Below are positions 9,634-20,900 of a stretch of 64,000 nt of DNA, piece by piece. The stretch spans positions 640,001 through 704,000 of the forward strand of contig JBPOFY010000001.1 in NCBI GenBank assembly GCA_051252375.1. Reading direction: 5' to 3'. Every line of letters begins with the position of its first letter. Position 1 is the first letter of the stretch. The notes beneath the pieces are model-generated. The model saw only the letters and a list, made by a program, of their open reading frames with translations. It was not told the origin of the DNA and did no database searches. This DNA comes from Opitutaceae bacterium (GTDB lineage Bacteria; Verrucomicrobiota; Verrucomicrobiia; Opitutales; Coraliomargaritaceae). The translations under genes were made by a program, and so were the position numbers.

Positions 9634-11699
9634 GCGATCAAGCCATCGCGTCGTAGAAGCGCATCTGGGTCTGGTGCTCGGTGCATGAAGTCCTTGAATA
9701 ATTTGGCTGGGTCTTCCGAGTTACCTTTGGCTAGTATCTTATCGCGGAAGTCGCGACCGGTTTCGGGGCAAAGGATGCCTTCTTTTTGGAAGCGCGTAAA
9801 GGCGTCTGCGTCCAGCACTTCTGCCCATTTATAGGAGTAGTAACCTGCAGCATAGCCCGTGGCGCTGCTGAATAGGTGCCCGAAGTTGAAGACATTTGAT
9901 TTGGGCTCGGTTTTATATTCCGCGCTATAGCCCGCGAGGCGTTCTTTGATGAAGGCGTCTAAGTCGGCTTTGTCGGAGTTGGGCCAATTTATGTGCAGCT
10001 CCAAGTCCATCTTACCCATGGCTAGTTGGCGTGCGTTTGCACTGGCTTTCATGTAGTTGCGCGCGGCCAACATTTTATAGAAGAGCGCTTCCGGAATGGG
10101 TTCGCCGGTTTCGTGATGTCGCGCGAAGAGATCTAGGCTTTCGCGTTCCCAGCACCAGTTTTCCATGATTTGTGAAGGCAGTTCGACAAAGTCCCACGGC
10201 ACATTGACTCCATTAAGGGATTTGACTTCGACCTCGCCACAGAGGTGGTGGAGGAGGTGCCCGAACTCGTGGAAAATCGTCTCGACCTCACGGTGGTTGA
10301 GCAGCGCGGGTTGGTCGCCGACAGAGGGTGTTAAATTGCCGCAAATGAGTCCGAGGTGCGGGCTGCGTTCGCCGGCAGTGGTGTCGCGCTGACCGGTGAT
10401 AAAGTAATTCATCCACGCCCCGCCACGTTTTGATTCACGTGGGTGCCAATCTGCGTAGAAGGAGCCGAGGTGTTCATTGCTGTTGATGTCGAAAAGATCG
10501 TAAAACTTCACTTCGGGGTGCCAAACTTCCGCGGAGGACTCGAGATTCGTGTCCTGTTCTTCGATTCTAAGACCGAAGATTTGTTGGGCGATTTCGAACA
10601 TGCCACTGATCACGCGATTGATTGGGAAGTAAGGACGCAGCACTTCTTCATCGAAATCATAATTGGCTTTGCGCTGCTTTTCTGACCAGTAGCCGCTCTC
10701 CCATGGTTCGAGTAATTCGGTCGATGTGTTAGTGACCTTGGCTTTAAACTCGCGAAGGGTAATCACCTCGTCGTTGAATTGTTCTTTGACTTTTTCAAAA
10801 ATCGTCTCGCCGAACTTAAGGGCTGCTTGACCGGAGGCCGCCATACGACGCTCGGTGACGTGGTCTGCAAAATTGGCTTGGCCAACGAGCTGGGCAAATT
10901 CATGGCGCAGGTCGAGGATCTCGCGGACTAAGTCGCGATTGTCGTGGGGCTCATTGCGACCGGTTGCTGCGTAGGCCTGCCAGACTTCCTTTCGCAGTGC
11001 ATCGCTATCAGCGTAAGTTAGGACGGGAATGAGTGAGGGCGCTTGGAGCGTGAAGCGCCACGCGTCGGCATGGTCTTTTTGAAGCGCATTTTGTTTTGCG
11101 GCGTCGATCGCAGATTGGGGGAGTCCGGCGAGGAGTGATTCATCGGTGATGATTTTCTCCCAGCCATTGGTGGCATCGAGGCAATTTTCCGAGTATTTTT
11201 GAGTGATTTCCGCGAGACGGCTTTGGATCTCACCCGCGCGCTTCTTTTGCTCTTTGGGAAGGTCGGCACCTTGTTCTCGGAAGTCTGCGAGTGTTTCGTG
11301 GACGTAGCGTTTTTTGGTGGGGGAGAGCGCTTGGGCGGCGGGGCTTTCTCCGAATGCTTTCAGAGTGTTCCAAAGTGCTTCATTGAGCGGGATGCTGGAG
11401 AAGAACTCCGATACTTTGGGCAGCATGGCATTATGCGCTCCGCGTAACTCCGGGCTATTGGCGACTGAATCTAAATGAGAGACGAGGCCCCACGCACGGT
11501 TGAGTGCTTCCAGTCCATTATCCAAGGCGACGATGGTGTTTTCATATGTGAGTGTTGTGGCGTCAGCACTTGCTCGCGCAGCGACGGCATCGACAGCGGC
11601 TTGCGCGTCTGCGAGTGCCTTTGAGATGTCTGTCTCAATGTGGTCTGGAGTGAGAGAGGACCAGCGAATGTGGAAGTCGTTTTGTAGAAATGGATTCAT
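9630..11699 (-). CDS. prlC: Oligopeptidase A (M3 family)
   Basis: FHEFGHLLH zinc motif, KRGGAWM, DFVELPSQIMENW, YAAGYYSYKWAE. Confidence 0.92.
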   Translation of the reverse strand: MNPFLQNDFHIRWSSLTPDHIETDISKALADAQAAVDAVAARASADATTLTYENTIVALDNGLEALNRAWGLVSHLDSVANSPELRGAHNAMLPKVSEFFSSIPLNEALWNTLKAFGESPAAQALSPTKKRYVHETLADFREQGADLPKEQKKRAGEIQSRLAEITQKYSENCLDATNGWEKIITDESLLAGLPQSAIDAAKQNALQKDHADAWRFTLQAPSLIPVLTYADSDALRKEVWQAYAATGRNEPHDNRDLVREILDLRHEFAQLVGQANFADHVTERRMAASGQAALKFGETIFEKVKEQFNDEVITLREFKAKVTNTSTELLEPWESGYWSEKQRKANYDFDEEVLRPYFPINRVISGMFEIAQQIFGLRIEEQDTNLESSAEVWHPEVKFYDLFDINSNEHLGSFYADWHPRESKRGGAWMNYFITGQRDTTAGERSPHLGLICGNLTPSVGDQPALLNHREVETIFHEFGHLLHHLCGEVEVKSLNGVNVPWDFVELPSQIMENWCWERESLDLFARHHETGEPIPEALFYKMLAARNYMKASANARQLAMGKMDLELHINWPNSDKADLDAFIKERLAGYSAEYKTEPKSNVFNFGHLFSSATGYAAGYYSYKWAEVLDADAFTRFQKEGILCPETGRDFRDKILAKGNSEDPAKLFKDFMHRAPDPDALLRRDGLIA

Positions 11700-11835
11700 A
11701 TAGTGGGTGACTGTAGTTTTGGAATGAGCTCTGTCAGTGCTTAATCTGATAGTTTGGTGGATACTGACTAATGAAAGTATCTGAAGTGTGAAATATCTTT
11801 GCCGAGTGCGGCTGAATTTTGCTTTAATGTTTCTT

Positions 11836-12819
11836 ATGTGTTCACAAAAAGCGATTCGTCATCACTCATTTGGCAAGCCTGAAGAGGTATTGAAGTTAGA
11901 GGAAATTTCAGTGCCGGAGCCACAGGCTGGCGAGGTGCGAGTGCGTTTGTTGGCTGCCACGATTAATCCGTCGGACTATGGCATGATCGGCGGGAGCTAT
12001 GGGCGGCTACGTGAACTGCCGGCCGTTGCAGGTCGCGAGGGCGTGGGTGTCGTGGATGCGCTTGGTGAAGGCGTGAGTGGTTTCGCAGTTGGCGATTCGG
12101 TGCGCTTCCCGGGTGAGGAAGGTGCGTGGTGCGAGTATACTTGTGCACCTGTGGACGATCTCCTTACAGTCCCTAGCGATGTCCCTGTCGAGCAAGCTGC
12201 GATTTCTTTTATCAATCCGCCGACAGCTTATTGCTTACTGCGGGAAGTGGTTGATTTGGCTCCTGGTAGTTGGGTGGTGCAAAATGCGGGTAACTCGGCG
12301 GTGGGTTTATCTGTTATCCAGATGGCGCGTGCAATGGGCTTGAAGACCATCAGCCAAGTGCGCCGAGAGGAATTGATCGAACCATTGAAAGCGATGGGAG
12401 CCGATCATGTTGTGGTGGAGGGCAGTGACTGGGCGAAAACTGCCAATGAATTGACGGGCGGCGAGCCGATACGCTTGGCGCTTAACTCGATTGGTGGTGC
12501 GAGTGCGACCGACCAAATTAAGGTCTTAGGTGACTCCGGCACGCAAGTGACGTTTGGTGGTATGGTCGGCGATTTGGTCCGCTTTCCGACACGTTTTCTT
12601 ATTTTTAATGATGTTCGACTGGTTGGCTTTTGGTGGGATCAATGGTCACGTCGTCATGGTGTTGAGTGTGTGCGCGAAGTGATGGATGCGGTCTATGCGA
12701 TGATGCTTAGTGGCGACTTAAAGCTCCCTATTGAGGAGACGTATGCTTTTCAGGATTTCCAAGCAGCATTGGCGCATGATAAGCAGCCGAGATTGGGCAA
12801 AATATTGCTTCGGCCGTAA
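11836..12819 (+). CDS. MDR-family NADPH enoyl-thioester reductase / quinone oxidoreductase-like protein
   Basis: INPSD..MI.G.Y, GREGVGVV, INPPTAY, QNAGNSAVG (Etr1/MECR-like). Confidence 0.8.
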   Translation: MCSQKAIRHHSFGKPEEVLKLEEISVPEPQAGEVRVRLLAATINPSDYGMIGGSYGRLRELPAVAGREGVGVVDALGEGVSGFAVGDSVRFPGEEGAWCEYTCAPVDDLLTVPSDVPVEQAAISFINPPTAYCLLREVVDLAPGSWVVQNAGNSAVGLSVIQMARAMGLKTISQVRREELIEPLKAMGADHVVVEGSDWAKTANELTGGEPIRLALNSIGGASATDQIKVLGDSGTQVTFGGMVGDLVRFPTRFLIFNDVRLVGFWWDQWSRRHGVECVREVMDAVYAMMLSGDLKLPIEETYAFQDFQAALAHDKQPRLGKILLRP

Positions 12820-12951
12820 GTATTGCGCGGTCAGAAAGGGTCGAGCATGTTACTTCTGGGATCTATCGGCGATGTAGCTATTGTCTTGCGAGAGTAAGGG
12901 TATTGTAGATAGTGATAATCTGGCAACAGGGTTGAGTTGCTCGGCTGAGTC

Positions 12952-15357
12952 ATGAATATTTTTAGTGAGCGCGAACGTAATACAGAGGCTGGATTTTATG
13001 GCCTCTATCGACGCTTTGAAAATGTAGCGATCTATTTGCTGTTCTTCACTTCTTTATCTTTGGCACTTAGCTTGATCGGCACGTTGCATTGGGTAGAGCC
13101 TTTATCCCTGCCTTTGGCGCTTTCCTTCGCGATGATCGCGGCATTACGTTTTCGAATGGCTGGGGTGATTGTTATTACCGCGATTACGGCGGTGGTTGTG
13201 GGAATGTTTTATTTTTTGGATTTGGGCGCTTTTGGCACCCCAGAGTTAACATATCCGGCGCTCTTTAGTTTAGGTCTGATCACATTGTTCCTGATCACGA
13301 GTGGTATTGTTGCAGTTGTGACTGGCTACCATATGCAGACGGTTTCGCTTTCTGCTCGTCGCGAGAATATGTTGCACAAGGTTTTTGATGCTTTGCCGAT
13401 TGGTATTTGGGTGCGGACGCGAAATGGTGAGACAGTATTTTTGAATGACCGTTGGGCTAGCTTTTCTTCGAAAGATAAAGAGTATTGGATGCGCGAGAAC
13501 GTGACTGTAGCACCGGTTCGTTTGGGCACCCTGTGGGAGCGATCTGTCTGTGAGGTTTTAGATGCCGAGGACGGTGCGATACGCTATCAAACCGTTGAGC
13601 TGACTGATCGGAGTGGCCGCGAGTTGAGTATGACTTTGCTGACGCTCCACATCTACATTGATCAGCTCGAAGACTATGGAACCCTGTCATTGTTAGTCGA
13701 TGAGACAGCCTTGCGAATCTATGAAGACAAGGTGCGGACGAGTGAGGATAGCCTTCGCTTCGCATTGGATAATGCGGAGATGGGTTTTTGGGATCAGAAT
13801 CTTGAGACGCGTGAGATTACTTGTGATTTAAATTGGTTGAAAATTTTGGGTTTGGACGACGAACCTGGTCTGGATTTGCTAGAGACGTGGAAAACGCGCA
13901 TTCATCCGGATGATTCTGCCCGAGTGACCGAAGTTTATAAGCGTTATTTCGAATCAGGTGGGCACTCCGTGTGTGTTACTTATCGTATACGTAAAGGGCA
14001 ACAAAAGTATATCTGGGTGCAGGACTACGTGGGGGTGGTCGAACGTGCCGCAGACGGTTCCATTAAGCGGATCATGGGCACGATGCAGGACATCACCGAG
14101 CGCAAACAGTTTGAATTCGATTTGAAGCACGCCAAAGAGCGAGCCGAAGCTGCAAGTGAGGCTAAAGGACAATTTATCGCCACCATCTCGCATGAAATTC
14201 GCACGCCATTGAATGCGATCATCGGATTATCCAGTTTTCTTGCGGAGTCCGAGATGCCGGAGGAGCAACTGGATTTGGCGCAAACGATTTACAGTAGTGG
14301 TAAGAGCTTGCTGATGTTGGTGAACGATATTCTCGATTTTTCAAAAATTGAGTCGGGTCGGTTGGATTTGGAAATGCAAGAGTATCCTTTGCGTCTATGC
14401 TTCGAAGAGTGCGTGAAATTGTTTAAGGTCCGCGCCAATGAAAAGGATGTAACACTGAGTTTAAACCTAGCCGATTCGTTAACTGAATATGCTATCGGTG
14501 ATATGGAACGGTTGCGGCAGATTGTGCAGAACCTGTTGGCCAATGCTTTGAAGTTTACCGATTCCGGTGAAGTCGAGATTTGCGTGCGACCTGTTGCGGT
14601 TTCAGATTTGCCAGAAGATCGGCGACCTGATCCTTTCGAACCGCTAGGTTACTTGGACCAGGCTGATCACGGTTACTTGGAAGTGTTGGTCAAAGATAGC
14701 GGCATCGGTATCCCTGAGGATCGCCAACATATATTGTTTAAAGCCTTTAGTCAGGTGGATGCCTCGACCACTCGTAAGTATGGAGGCACAGGTCTTGGGC
14801 TGGCGATCAGTAAGCGCTTAGTCGATGGGATGGGTGGCAAAATCTGGCTAGAAAGCAACGATGGAGAGGGGGCGACCTTTGGATTTGTGGTGCGCACCTA
14901 TTTGGTGGCAGATGAAGATGCAGAGAGTCCGGTCAGCTCAGACGGTCACGCGTTGGAGCAACCAGTGAAGCGAATATCGGAGCAACATCCATGTGATATC
15001 CTAGTTGTTGGCGATCATTCGGACACGACGGTGCTACTGAAGGCTTTTCGTCAACTTGGGTATGCCCCGCACCATAGTTTGGAGTATGATTTAAGTTCGG
15101 GCGCATTTATCCGCCGCCATTATAATCTGATATTTATATGGATGGATGACGAGGACCGTGCTCTTGAGTTAACACGGCAGATCTGCAACAACTCTGGCAT
15201 CAAAAAAACAGCTTCAATCATTGGGTGCGCGCCAGTCGGGCGCAAGGTATCAAACAAGCGATGCAACTTGTCTGGTATGCAAGCAGTCGTGGATGCGCCG
15301 ATAGGCCCCGCCCAATTGTCGGAAGTTATTTTAACTACGCTTGGTGTGCACGGTTGA
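12952..15357 (+). CDS. Membrane PAS-domain hybrid sensor histidine kinase with degenerate receiver-like C-terminus
   Basis: N-terminal TM helices, two PAS-like regions, H-box [32 protein letters not shown]. Confidence 0.88.
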   Translation: MNIFSERERNTEAGFYGLYRRFENVAIYLLFFTSLSLALSLIGTLHWVEPLSLPLALSFAMIAALRFRMAGVIVITAITAVVVGMFYFLDLGAFGTPELTYPALFSLGLITLFLITSGIVAVVTGYHMQTVSLSARRENMLHKVFDALPIGIWVRTRNGETVFLNDRWASFSSKDKEYWMRENVTVAPVRLGTLWERSVCEVLDAEDGAIRYQTVELTDRSGRELSMTLLTLHIYIDQLEDYGTLSLLVDETALRIYEDKVRTSEDSLRFALDNAEMGFWDQNLETREITCDLNWLKILGLDDEPGLDLLETWKTRIHPDDSARVTEVYKRYFESGGHSVCVTYRIRKGQQKYIWVQDYVGVVERAADGSIKRIMGTMQDITERKQFEFDLKHAKERAEAASEAKGQFIATISHEIRTPLNAIIGLSSFLAESEMPEEQLDLAQTIYSSGKSLLMLVNDILDFSKIESGRLDLEMQEYPLRLCFEECVKLFKVRANEKDVTLSLNLADSLTEYAIGDMERLRQIVQNLLANALKFTDSGEVEICVRPVAVSDLPEDRRPDPFEPLGYLDQADHGYLEVLVKDSGIGIPEDRQHILFKAFSQVDASTTRKYGGTGLGLAISKRLVDGMGGKIWLESNDGEGATFGFVVRTYLVADEDAESPVSSDGHALEQPVKRISEQHPCDILVVGDHSDTTVLLKAFRQLGYAPHHSLEYDLSSGAFIRRHYNLIFIWMDDEDRALELTRQICNNSGIKKTASIIGCAPVGRKVSNKRCNLSGMQAVVDAPIGPAQLSEVILTTLGVHG

Positions 15358-17017
15358 TCGCGCTGACGAGTGCGCGGAGACCTGCCAACTCGATATTACT
15401 GTCGATGCCGCAACCATAGAAGTTTAGACCGTCTTCGCGCTTAATTTGAATGTAAGCTGCTGCCTTGGTCTTGGAGCCACCGCCGATAGAGTGTTGGCGA
15501 TAGTCGATCAAGTTGAAGTCCTTGTGTCCTTGCTGTTGAAGCGCATCGACAAAGGCACTGATCGGGCCATTGCCGGTGCCTGACACGACGGCGTCTTTAC
15601 CTTCGTAGCGGATCTCTGCTTCGACTCGAACTTCCCCTGTTTTGGAAAAATCTTCTCGGTCGATGGAAACGATTTCTAGTGGTGTGCTAAGGTTGACGTA
15701 TTCACGTTGGAACACTTCATGCACTTCGACCGGGCTGAGTTCACGACTGCCTGCGTCAGCGGCGTTATTCACGACGGTGCCGACTTCGGGGTGCATGGCT
15801 TTGGGCAAGTCGAGATTGTAGTCGCGGTCGAGGATGTAGGCCACGCCGCCTTTGCCGCTCTGACTGTTGATGCGGATAATGGCTTCGTAGTCGCGACCGA
15901 GGTCTTCGGGGTCGATTAACAAATAGGGCACTTCCCAGCGTGTGGTATCGGTGCTGTCTTTTGCGCGCAAGTCCATGCCTTTCTTGATCGCATCTTGGTG
16001 CGAGCCCGAAAAAGCGGTGAAGACGAGGTCGCCCGCATAAGGGTGGCGATCGTGCACAGTCATGCGTGTGACGCGTTCGTAAACAGAACGAACGTGCTCC
16101 AAGTTGCTGAAGTTGAGCAAGGGGTCGATGCCTTGGGTGTATAAATTCAAGGCCACGGTGACGATGTCGAGGTTGCCTGTGCGTTCGCCATTGCCGAAGA
16201 GGGTGCCCTCCACGCGATCTGCGCCAGCCATCAAGCCGAGCTCGGTCGCCGCGATGCCAGTGCCACGGTCGTTATGTGTGTGCAAACTGATGATCGCCTT
16301 ATTGCGTTCCTTTAAGTGGCGGCAGAACCATTCGATTTGGTCGGCATGCACGTTTGGCGTAGCCACCTCTACTGTGGCCGGCAAGTTGAGGATGATCTTC
16401 GCATCTTCGGTCGGTTGCCATTCGGCCATCACCGCTTCGCACACTTCAAGTGCATATTCGACTTCCGTATCTGAAAAGCTTTCCGGCGAATACTCTAGGC
16501 GGACCTGCGTGTCGGGAATGGTGGAGACGAGGCTTTTGACCAAGCGTGTGCCTTCCACTGCGATTTGTTTAATCTCTTCCTTGGTTTTATTGAAAGTGAC
16601 ACGTCGCTGAAGCGGAGAGGTGGAATTATACAAGTGCACGATTGCTTTAGAGACGCCTTCCAAGCTCTCGAAAGTGCGCCGAATTAAGTGCTCACGCGCT
16701 TGGACCAATACTTGCAAAGTGACGTCGGCGGGGATGCGCTTTTCGTCCACCAAGCGGCGGATAAAGTTAAACTCAGTATCGCTAGCCGAAGGGAAGCCGA
16801 CTTCAATTTCCTTGAAGCCTGTCTCTACGAGGAGCTGAAACATCTCAAGCTTCTCGTCCACATTCATGGGCGTGGCGAGGGCCTGATTGCCGTCGCGCAA
16901 GTCAACGCTGGCCCAAATGGGGGCGCGCTCAATTACCTTATCCGGCCAGGTGCGGTCAGTTAAGGGGATCTGTTTAAAAGGAGTGTATTTAGTGATGTTG
17001 CCTGTTTGCATGGTCAT
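15335..17017 (-). CDS. leuA: 2-isopropylmalate synthase
   Basis: DLRDGNQAL, HTHNDRG, GNGERTGN, FSGSHQDAI, C-terminal regulatory domain GNGPI. Confidence 0.95.
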   Translation of the reverse strand: MTMQTGNITKYTPFKQIPLTDRTWPDKVIERAPIWASVDLRDGNQALATPMNVDEKLEMFQLLVETGFKEIEVGFPSASDTEFNFIRRLVDEKRIPADVTLQVLVQAREHLIRRTFESLEGVSKAIVHLYNSTSPLQRRVTFNKTKEEIKQIAVEGTRLVKSLVSTIPDTQVRLEYSPESFSDTEVEYALEVCEAVMAEWQPTEDAKIILNLPATVEVATPNVHADQIEWFCRHLKERNKAIISLHTHNDRGTGIAATELGLMAGADRVEGTLFGNGERTGNLDIVTVALNLYTQGIDPLLNFSNLEHVRSVYERVTRMTVHDRHPYAGDLVFTAFSGSHQDAIKKGMDLRAKDSTDTTRWEVPYLLIDPEDLGRDYEAIIRINSQSGKGGVAYILDRDYNLDLPKAMHPEVGTVVNNAADAGSRELSPVEVHEVFQREYVNLSTPLEIVSIDREDFSKTGEVRVEAEIRYEGKDAVVSGTGNGPISAFVDALQQQGHKDFNLIDYRQHSIGGGSKTKAAAYIQIKREDGLNFYGCGIDSNIELAGLRALVSAINRAHQA

Positions 17018-17159
17018 CGGGAGTCAATCGGTTCGAAAGTGTATGCGGATTATACCTAAAAACGAAAGCGTGAATTCATGTGACGCTTCGGTTGCTGGAG
17101 CAATGGCTCTCTGGCATGGCGCGGGCTTTTTGCCCGCAGACGGTTTGCTTCAAATCCCC

Positions 17160-17213
17160 CTAGGGGAGAAGCTTGCTGAGCGATCCTAGTAGGATGTGCT
17201 GTTGGCCGTTCAT
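17160..17213 (-). promoter_or_regulatory. Putative leuA leader peptide (MNGQQHILLGSLSKLLP*)
   Basis: ATG AAC GGC CAA CAG CAC ATC CTA CTA GGA TCG CTC AGC AAG CTT CTC CCC TAG on the minus strand: 5 Leu in 17 codons, tandem CTA CTA, 143 nt upstream of leuA. TTGACA lies upstream at 17258-17253. Confidence 0.7.
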
Positions 17214-17350
17214 AAGTTGCATCGACTCTGAGCATTCATTGACTCTCTCCACTGTCAAGCGTCTGCTTCGCTCCCAGTGGGTTTGGTGGTTGGGAAGGAA
17301 GCCTGACTTGAGTCTTGTTTGTCGTGTAAAATCGTTACATTTTCTGTGGC

Positions 17351-17923
17351 GTGTCAGATGTTCATACAGATTTAGCGGGGCGCACCATTATATTGGGCGT
17401 TACGGGTTCCATCGCAGCGTTCAAAGCTGCCGATATTGTAAGTCGTCTGACGGAGGCGGGGGCGAAGGTGTATCCAGTCATGACCGATGGAGCATGTCGC
17501 TTTATCCAGCCATTGACTTTGCAGACACTTTCGCGGCAGCCAGTGAGCTCGGATTTGTGGGACGAGGGCGACGGCTGGCAGCCCGGACACATTGAATTAG
17601 CAGATCAAGCCGATTTGCTGCTAGTGGCTCCAGCGACGGCGCATTGCATCGCTCAGTTTGCTCAAGGGCTCGCGCCGGATTTACTGACTTCTATTCACCT
17701 AGCCACGCCAGCTCCGGTGATGATTGCTCCTGCCATGAATGGGAAGATGCTGGCACATGCGGCGACTCAAGCGAATATTGAAATACTACAGCAGCGAGGT
17801 TATCATTTTATCGAACCAGATAGCGGTATGCTCGCATGTGGCTACGAGGGGGATGGTAAATTGGCTTCGGTAGAGCGTATCGTGGAAACAGTTATAGGAT
17901 TTTTCCAGAACCAGTCATTATAA
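17351..17923 (+). CDS. coaC: Phosphopantothenoylcysteine decarboxylase (stand-alone CoaC)
   Basis: GVTGSIAAFK, HIELA, APATA, PAMN, LACG motifs. No CoaB half is fused. Confidence 0.88.
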   Translation: MSDVHTDLAGRTIILGVTGSIAAFKAADIVSRLTEAGAKVYPVMTDGACRFIQPLTLQTLSRQPVSSDLWDEGDGWQPGHIELADQADLLLVAPATAHCIAQFAQGLAPDLLTSIHLATPAPVMIAPAMNGKMLAHAATQANIEILQQRGYHFIEPDSGMLACGYEGDGKLASVERIVETVIGFFQNQSL

Positions 17924-17927
17924 TTGA

Positions 17928-20900
17928 ATGGACCAAGAGGAATCGCAGTCAGAAGAACCTATAAGCCCCGAATCAACGGGCGAGCGCTTGAAGAACCGTG
18001 TTTTGAAGCCAGGTGAGAGCTTCGGTAACTTTCGTGTGGTCAAATGCCAAGCCGCAGGCTTGATCGCTAATTATTACCACATGCAACATGTGCGTGATTT
18101 GCATGATGTGACTGTGGGTATTTTTCATCACCGCGTTGAAGCGGATGATAAATTTCTGAAGCGTCTGCAAACCCTACAAAAGACCTTGGAGGGTTTTCAG
18201 CACGAGGCGATTCCTAAGATTGTGGATTGCGCAGTGGTGAATAAGCGCACTTGCATTTTCCTCGAAACGGTGAAGGGGCAGTCGCTTAGCCAATACTTTT
18301 CAGCCCATGGTTCGCCCGGTAATACGGGGATAGATTCAGATGCGGTGACGCGTCTAGTGGCGCAGTTGTTGGGTGCAGTGGGCTACGCGCATTCTCAAGG
18401 AGTCGATCATCGGGATTTGGACTCGGACATGATTTTCGTTAAGGAGGATGGTTCGTTGCAAGTTCTAGGCTTAGGCATAAAGGCAACGCTTGGAGTGGAG
18501 TTATTTGAGTCCATCGTTTCGGCTTCGGTGTCTCCATTGGTTTCCAATAAGACAGTCGGGAGGATTAATTCTTTCGATGTGATGAGCCCTGAATACAAGG
18601 GCGGGAAAAGTGAAGATTCACGAGTGGATGTTTATGGTGTCGGGGTGCTCGGTTACTGGTTATTAACTGGTCAGAAATTCCAGCTTTCTAAGTGGGTGGC
18701 TCCGTCGGAATTAGTTGAGGGATTGTCATCGAAGTGGGACGGTTTCTTTGAAAAATCTCTAGAAAGGGATGATGAGATACGCTTTCAGTCATGTAAGATC
18801 GCCTTAATCGGGTTGAAAGATGCTGATGTCGAAGCCGATCCCGATCGGGCGGGATTTGTGCAACGGCAAATAGACCGCATCCCTGTGCCGAAGGGGATCG
18901 TGGAGCGTGGTGAATTGGCTGCTCGCGTTTATCGGCTGAGTCTTATCGGGGTGGTTGGTCTGACCCTGACCGCATTGGCAGCTTCCTTTCTCGGGGTAGC
19001 ATTCACTGACACCGAAGAGTATGTTCGAGAGGTCGCTCAAGAAGTAGGAGTGGGAGAAGATCCGACGGTCCGAGTGAAATTATCGCCACCTGTTTCCAAA
19101 CTACAATTCGTTGGTTACAGTAATAAGTTTATCGCTATCGAGGGGGCGATCGGGCTCTTGGTTCAGCCTGGAGATTATAAACTACTGATAACAGCCCCTC
19201 ACCATGTTGAACAAGAAGTTGCGCTGCATGTCCCAGTTGAGGGGGCTGGAGATACGATCGAGATGGAGGTAACTCTAAAGCCTGCTTGGACTGACTTTAG
19301 GATTACTACCGAGCCTGGGGCGGCGATTTCTGTAATTGATGATCGTGGTATTGAGATTGATTTGGGTGTCGTCGATGGGGAAGGGAATTTCTCAATCGAG
19401 AAGGGGATCTTTGCTGGCACTTACCAAATCGTGGTGAAGAAGGAGGGCTATACTTCGCGAACACTCGATAATCAAGAAATTGAATTTGATACTGCAAATG
19501 AAGTGCAGGTTGATCTGGTGCCGCTGCCTTCGAGTGTCACGATACGAACCGAGCCGACAGGAGCCCGCATCTTGATCAACGATGTGTTGGTTGGAGTGTC
19601 GCCAGTCACGGTAGATGATGTGGCGCCCGCAGAGCACTACTTAATCGTCGCGCATTATGATGGATATCGTTCTGTTGGTCGCCGTATCGAAATCGAGGCG
19701 GGCGAAGCGAAGGTCGTCGATTTCGGTGCTTTATTTCCTCGTTCCGGCGAGCTCACGTTTGATGTGACTTTTGAGGGTATTTCTGCCGCAGAAGCCCTAC
19801 CTATGATGGGTGAGCTAAGTGTCGAAGTGGATGGGGACGTGTTTCCTTACGGATCCCATCAGTTGTCGGCGCTGAAAGAGGGTTCGCATAATATTCAGCT
19901 ATTACATCCGCAGTATCGCTCGGAGCCCCAAGAGGTGACGATCGTTGATAGGGAAGTCGCTAAAATTGATGTTCAGTTATTTCCTCGTCCGGGAGTGGTC
20001 GAACTAGTTTTGCCGAAAGCGTTCAAGCCAGAGGTTCTAGTGAATCACGAAGAGGTGACATTGACCGATGGCTTGGTAGAAGTGCCCGCAGGTGAGACGG
20101 TCGAACTCGAACTTCGTATTCAAAACCATTTAACGATGTCGCGAAAAGTCGAACTGGCACCCAACGAACGTTTTGTCTGGGAGGTCGAACCGGTGGCGAT
20201 TCCGGGACCCACGGTGGGGCAAAGTTGGACGATGCCATATCTCGGGCATGAATTCGCGTGGGTGGGTTCTGGTCAGTTTAGTATGGGAAGTCCGCCAACG
20301 GAACCTGCTCGTTTACCGAATGAAGGACCCGAAACGCAAATCCAGCTGACTGAAGGATTCTGGGCAGCGATTTATGAGGTCACGCAGGCGCAGTTTATTG
20401 AAATCATGGACCGGAATCCTTCCGAGTTTCTCGGCTTGAGGAAACCGGTGGTCAACGTGACATGGAAAGAAGCGAAGCAGTTTTGCGAATTGTTGACACA
20501 CTTCGAAAAGGTGGCGCATCGCCTACCTGTAGGGTATGTGTATCGTCTGCCGACCGAAGCGGAGTGGGAGTGCTTGGCTCGTGCTGGCACGCAGTCGCCA
20601 TTTTCTTTTGGTGATACGGCCGATGCTACAAAAGGTAATTTCCGCGGGGTGTATCCCGCCAGCAACGAAAAAGGAGTCCGTGCGACTGCGCATTATGGCA
20701 CGGTAAACGTGGGATCTTATGAGGCCAATCCTTGGGGGATCTATGATGTGCATGGAAATGCGCAGGAATGGACACTAGATGTCTACAATGGGCGCCTGCC
20801 TGGAGGTCGCCTAGTCGATCCTGCGCCAAGAACAGAAGGTCAACGTATCGCGGTGCGAGGTGGTAGTTGGGAAGATTTTGCGCCCCTTGTGCGGAGTGCT

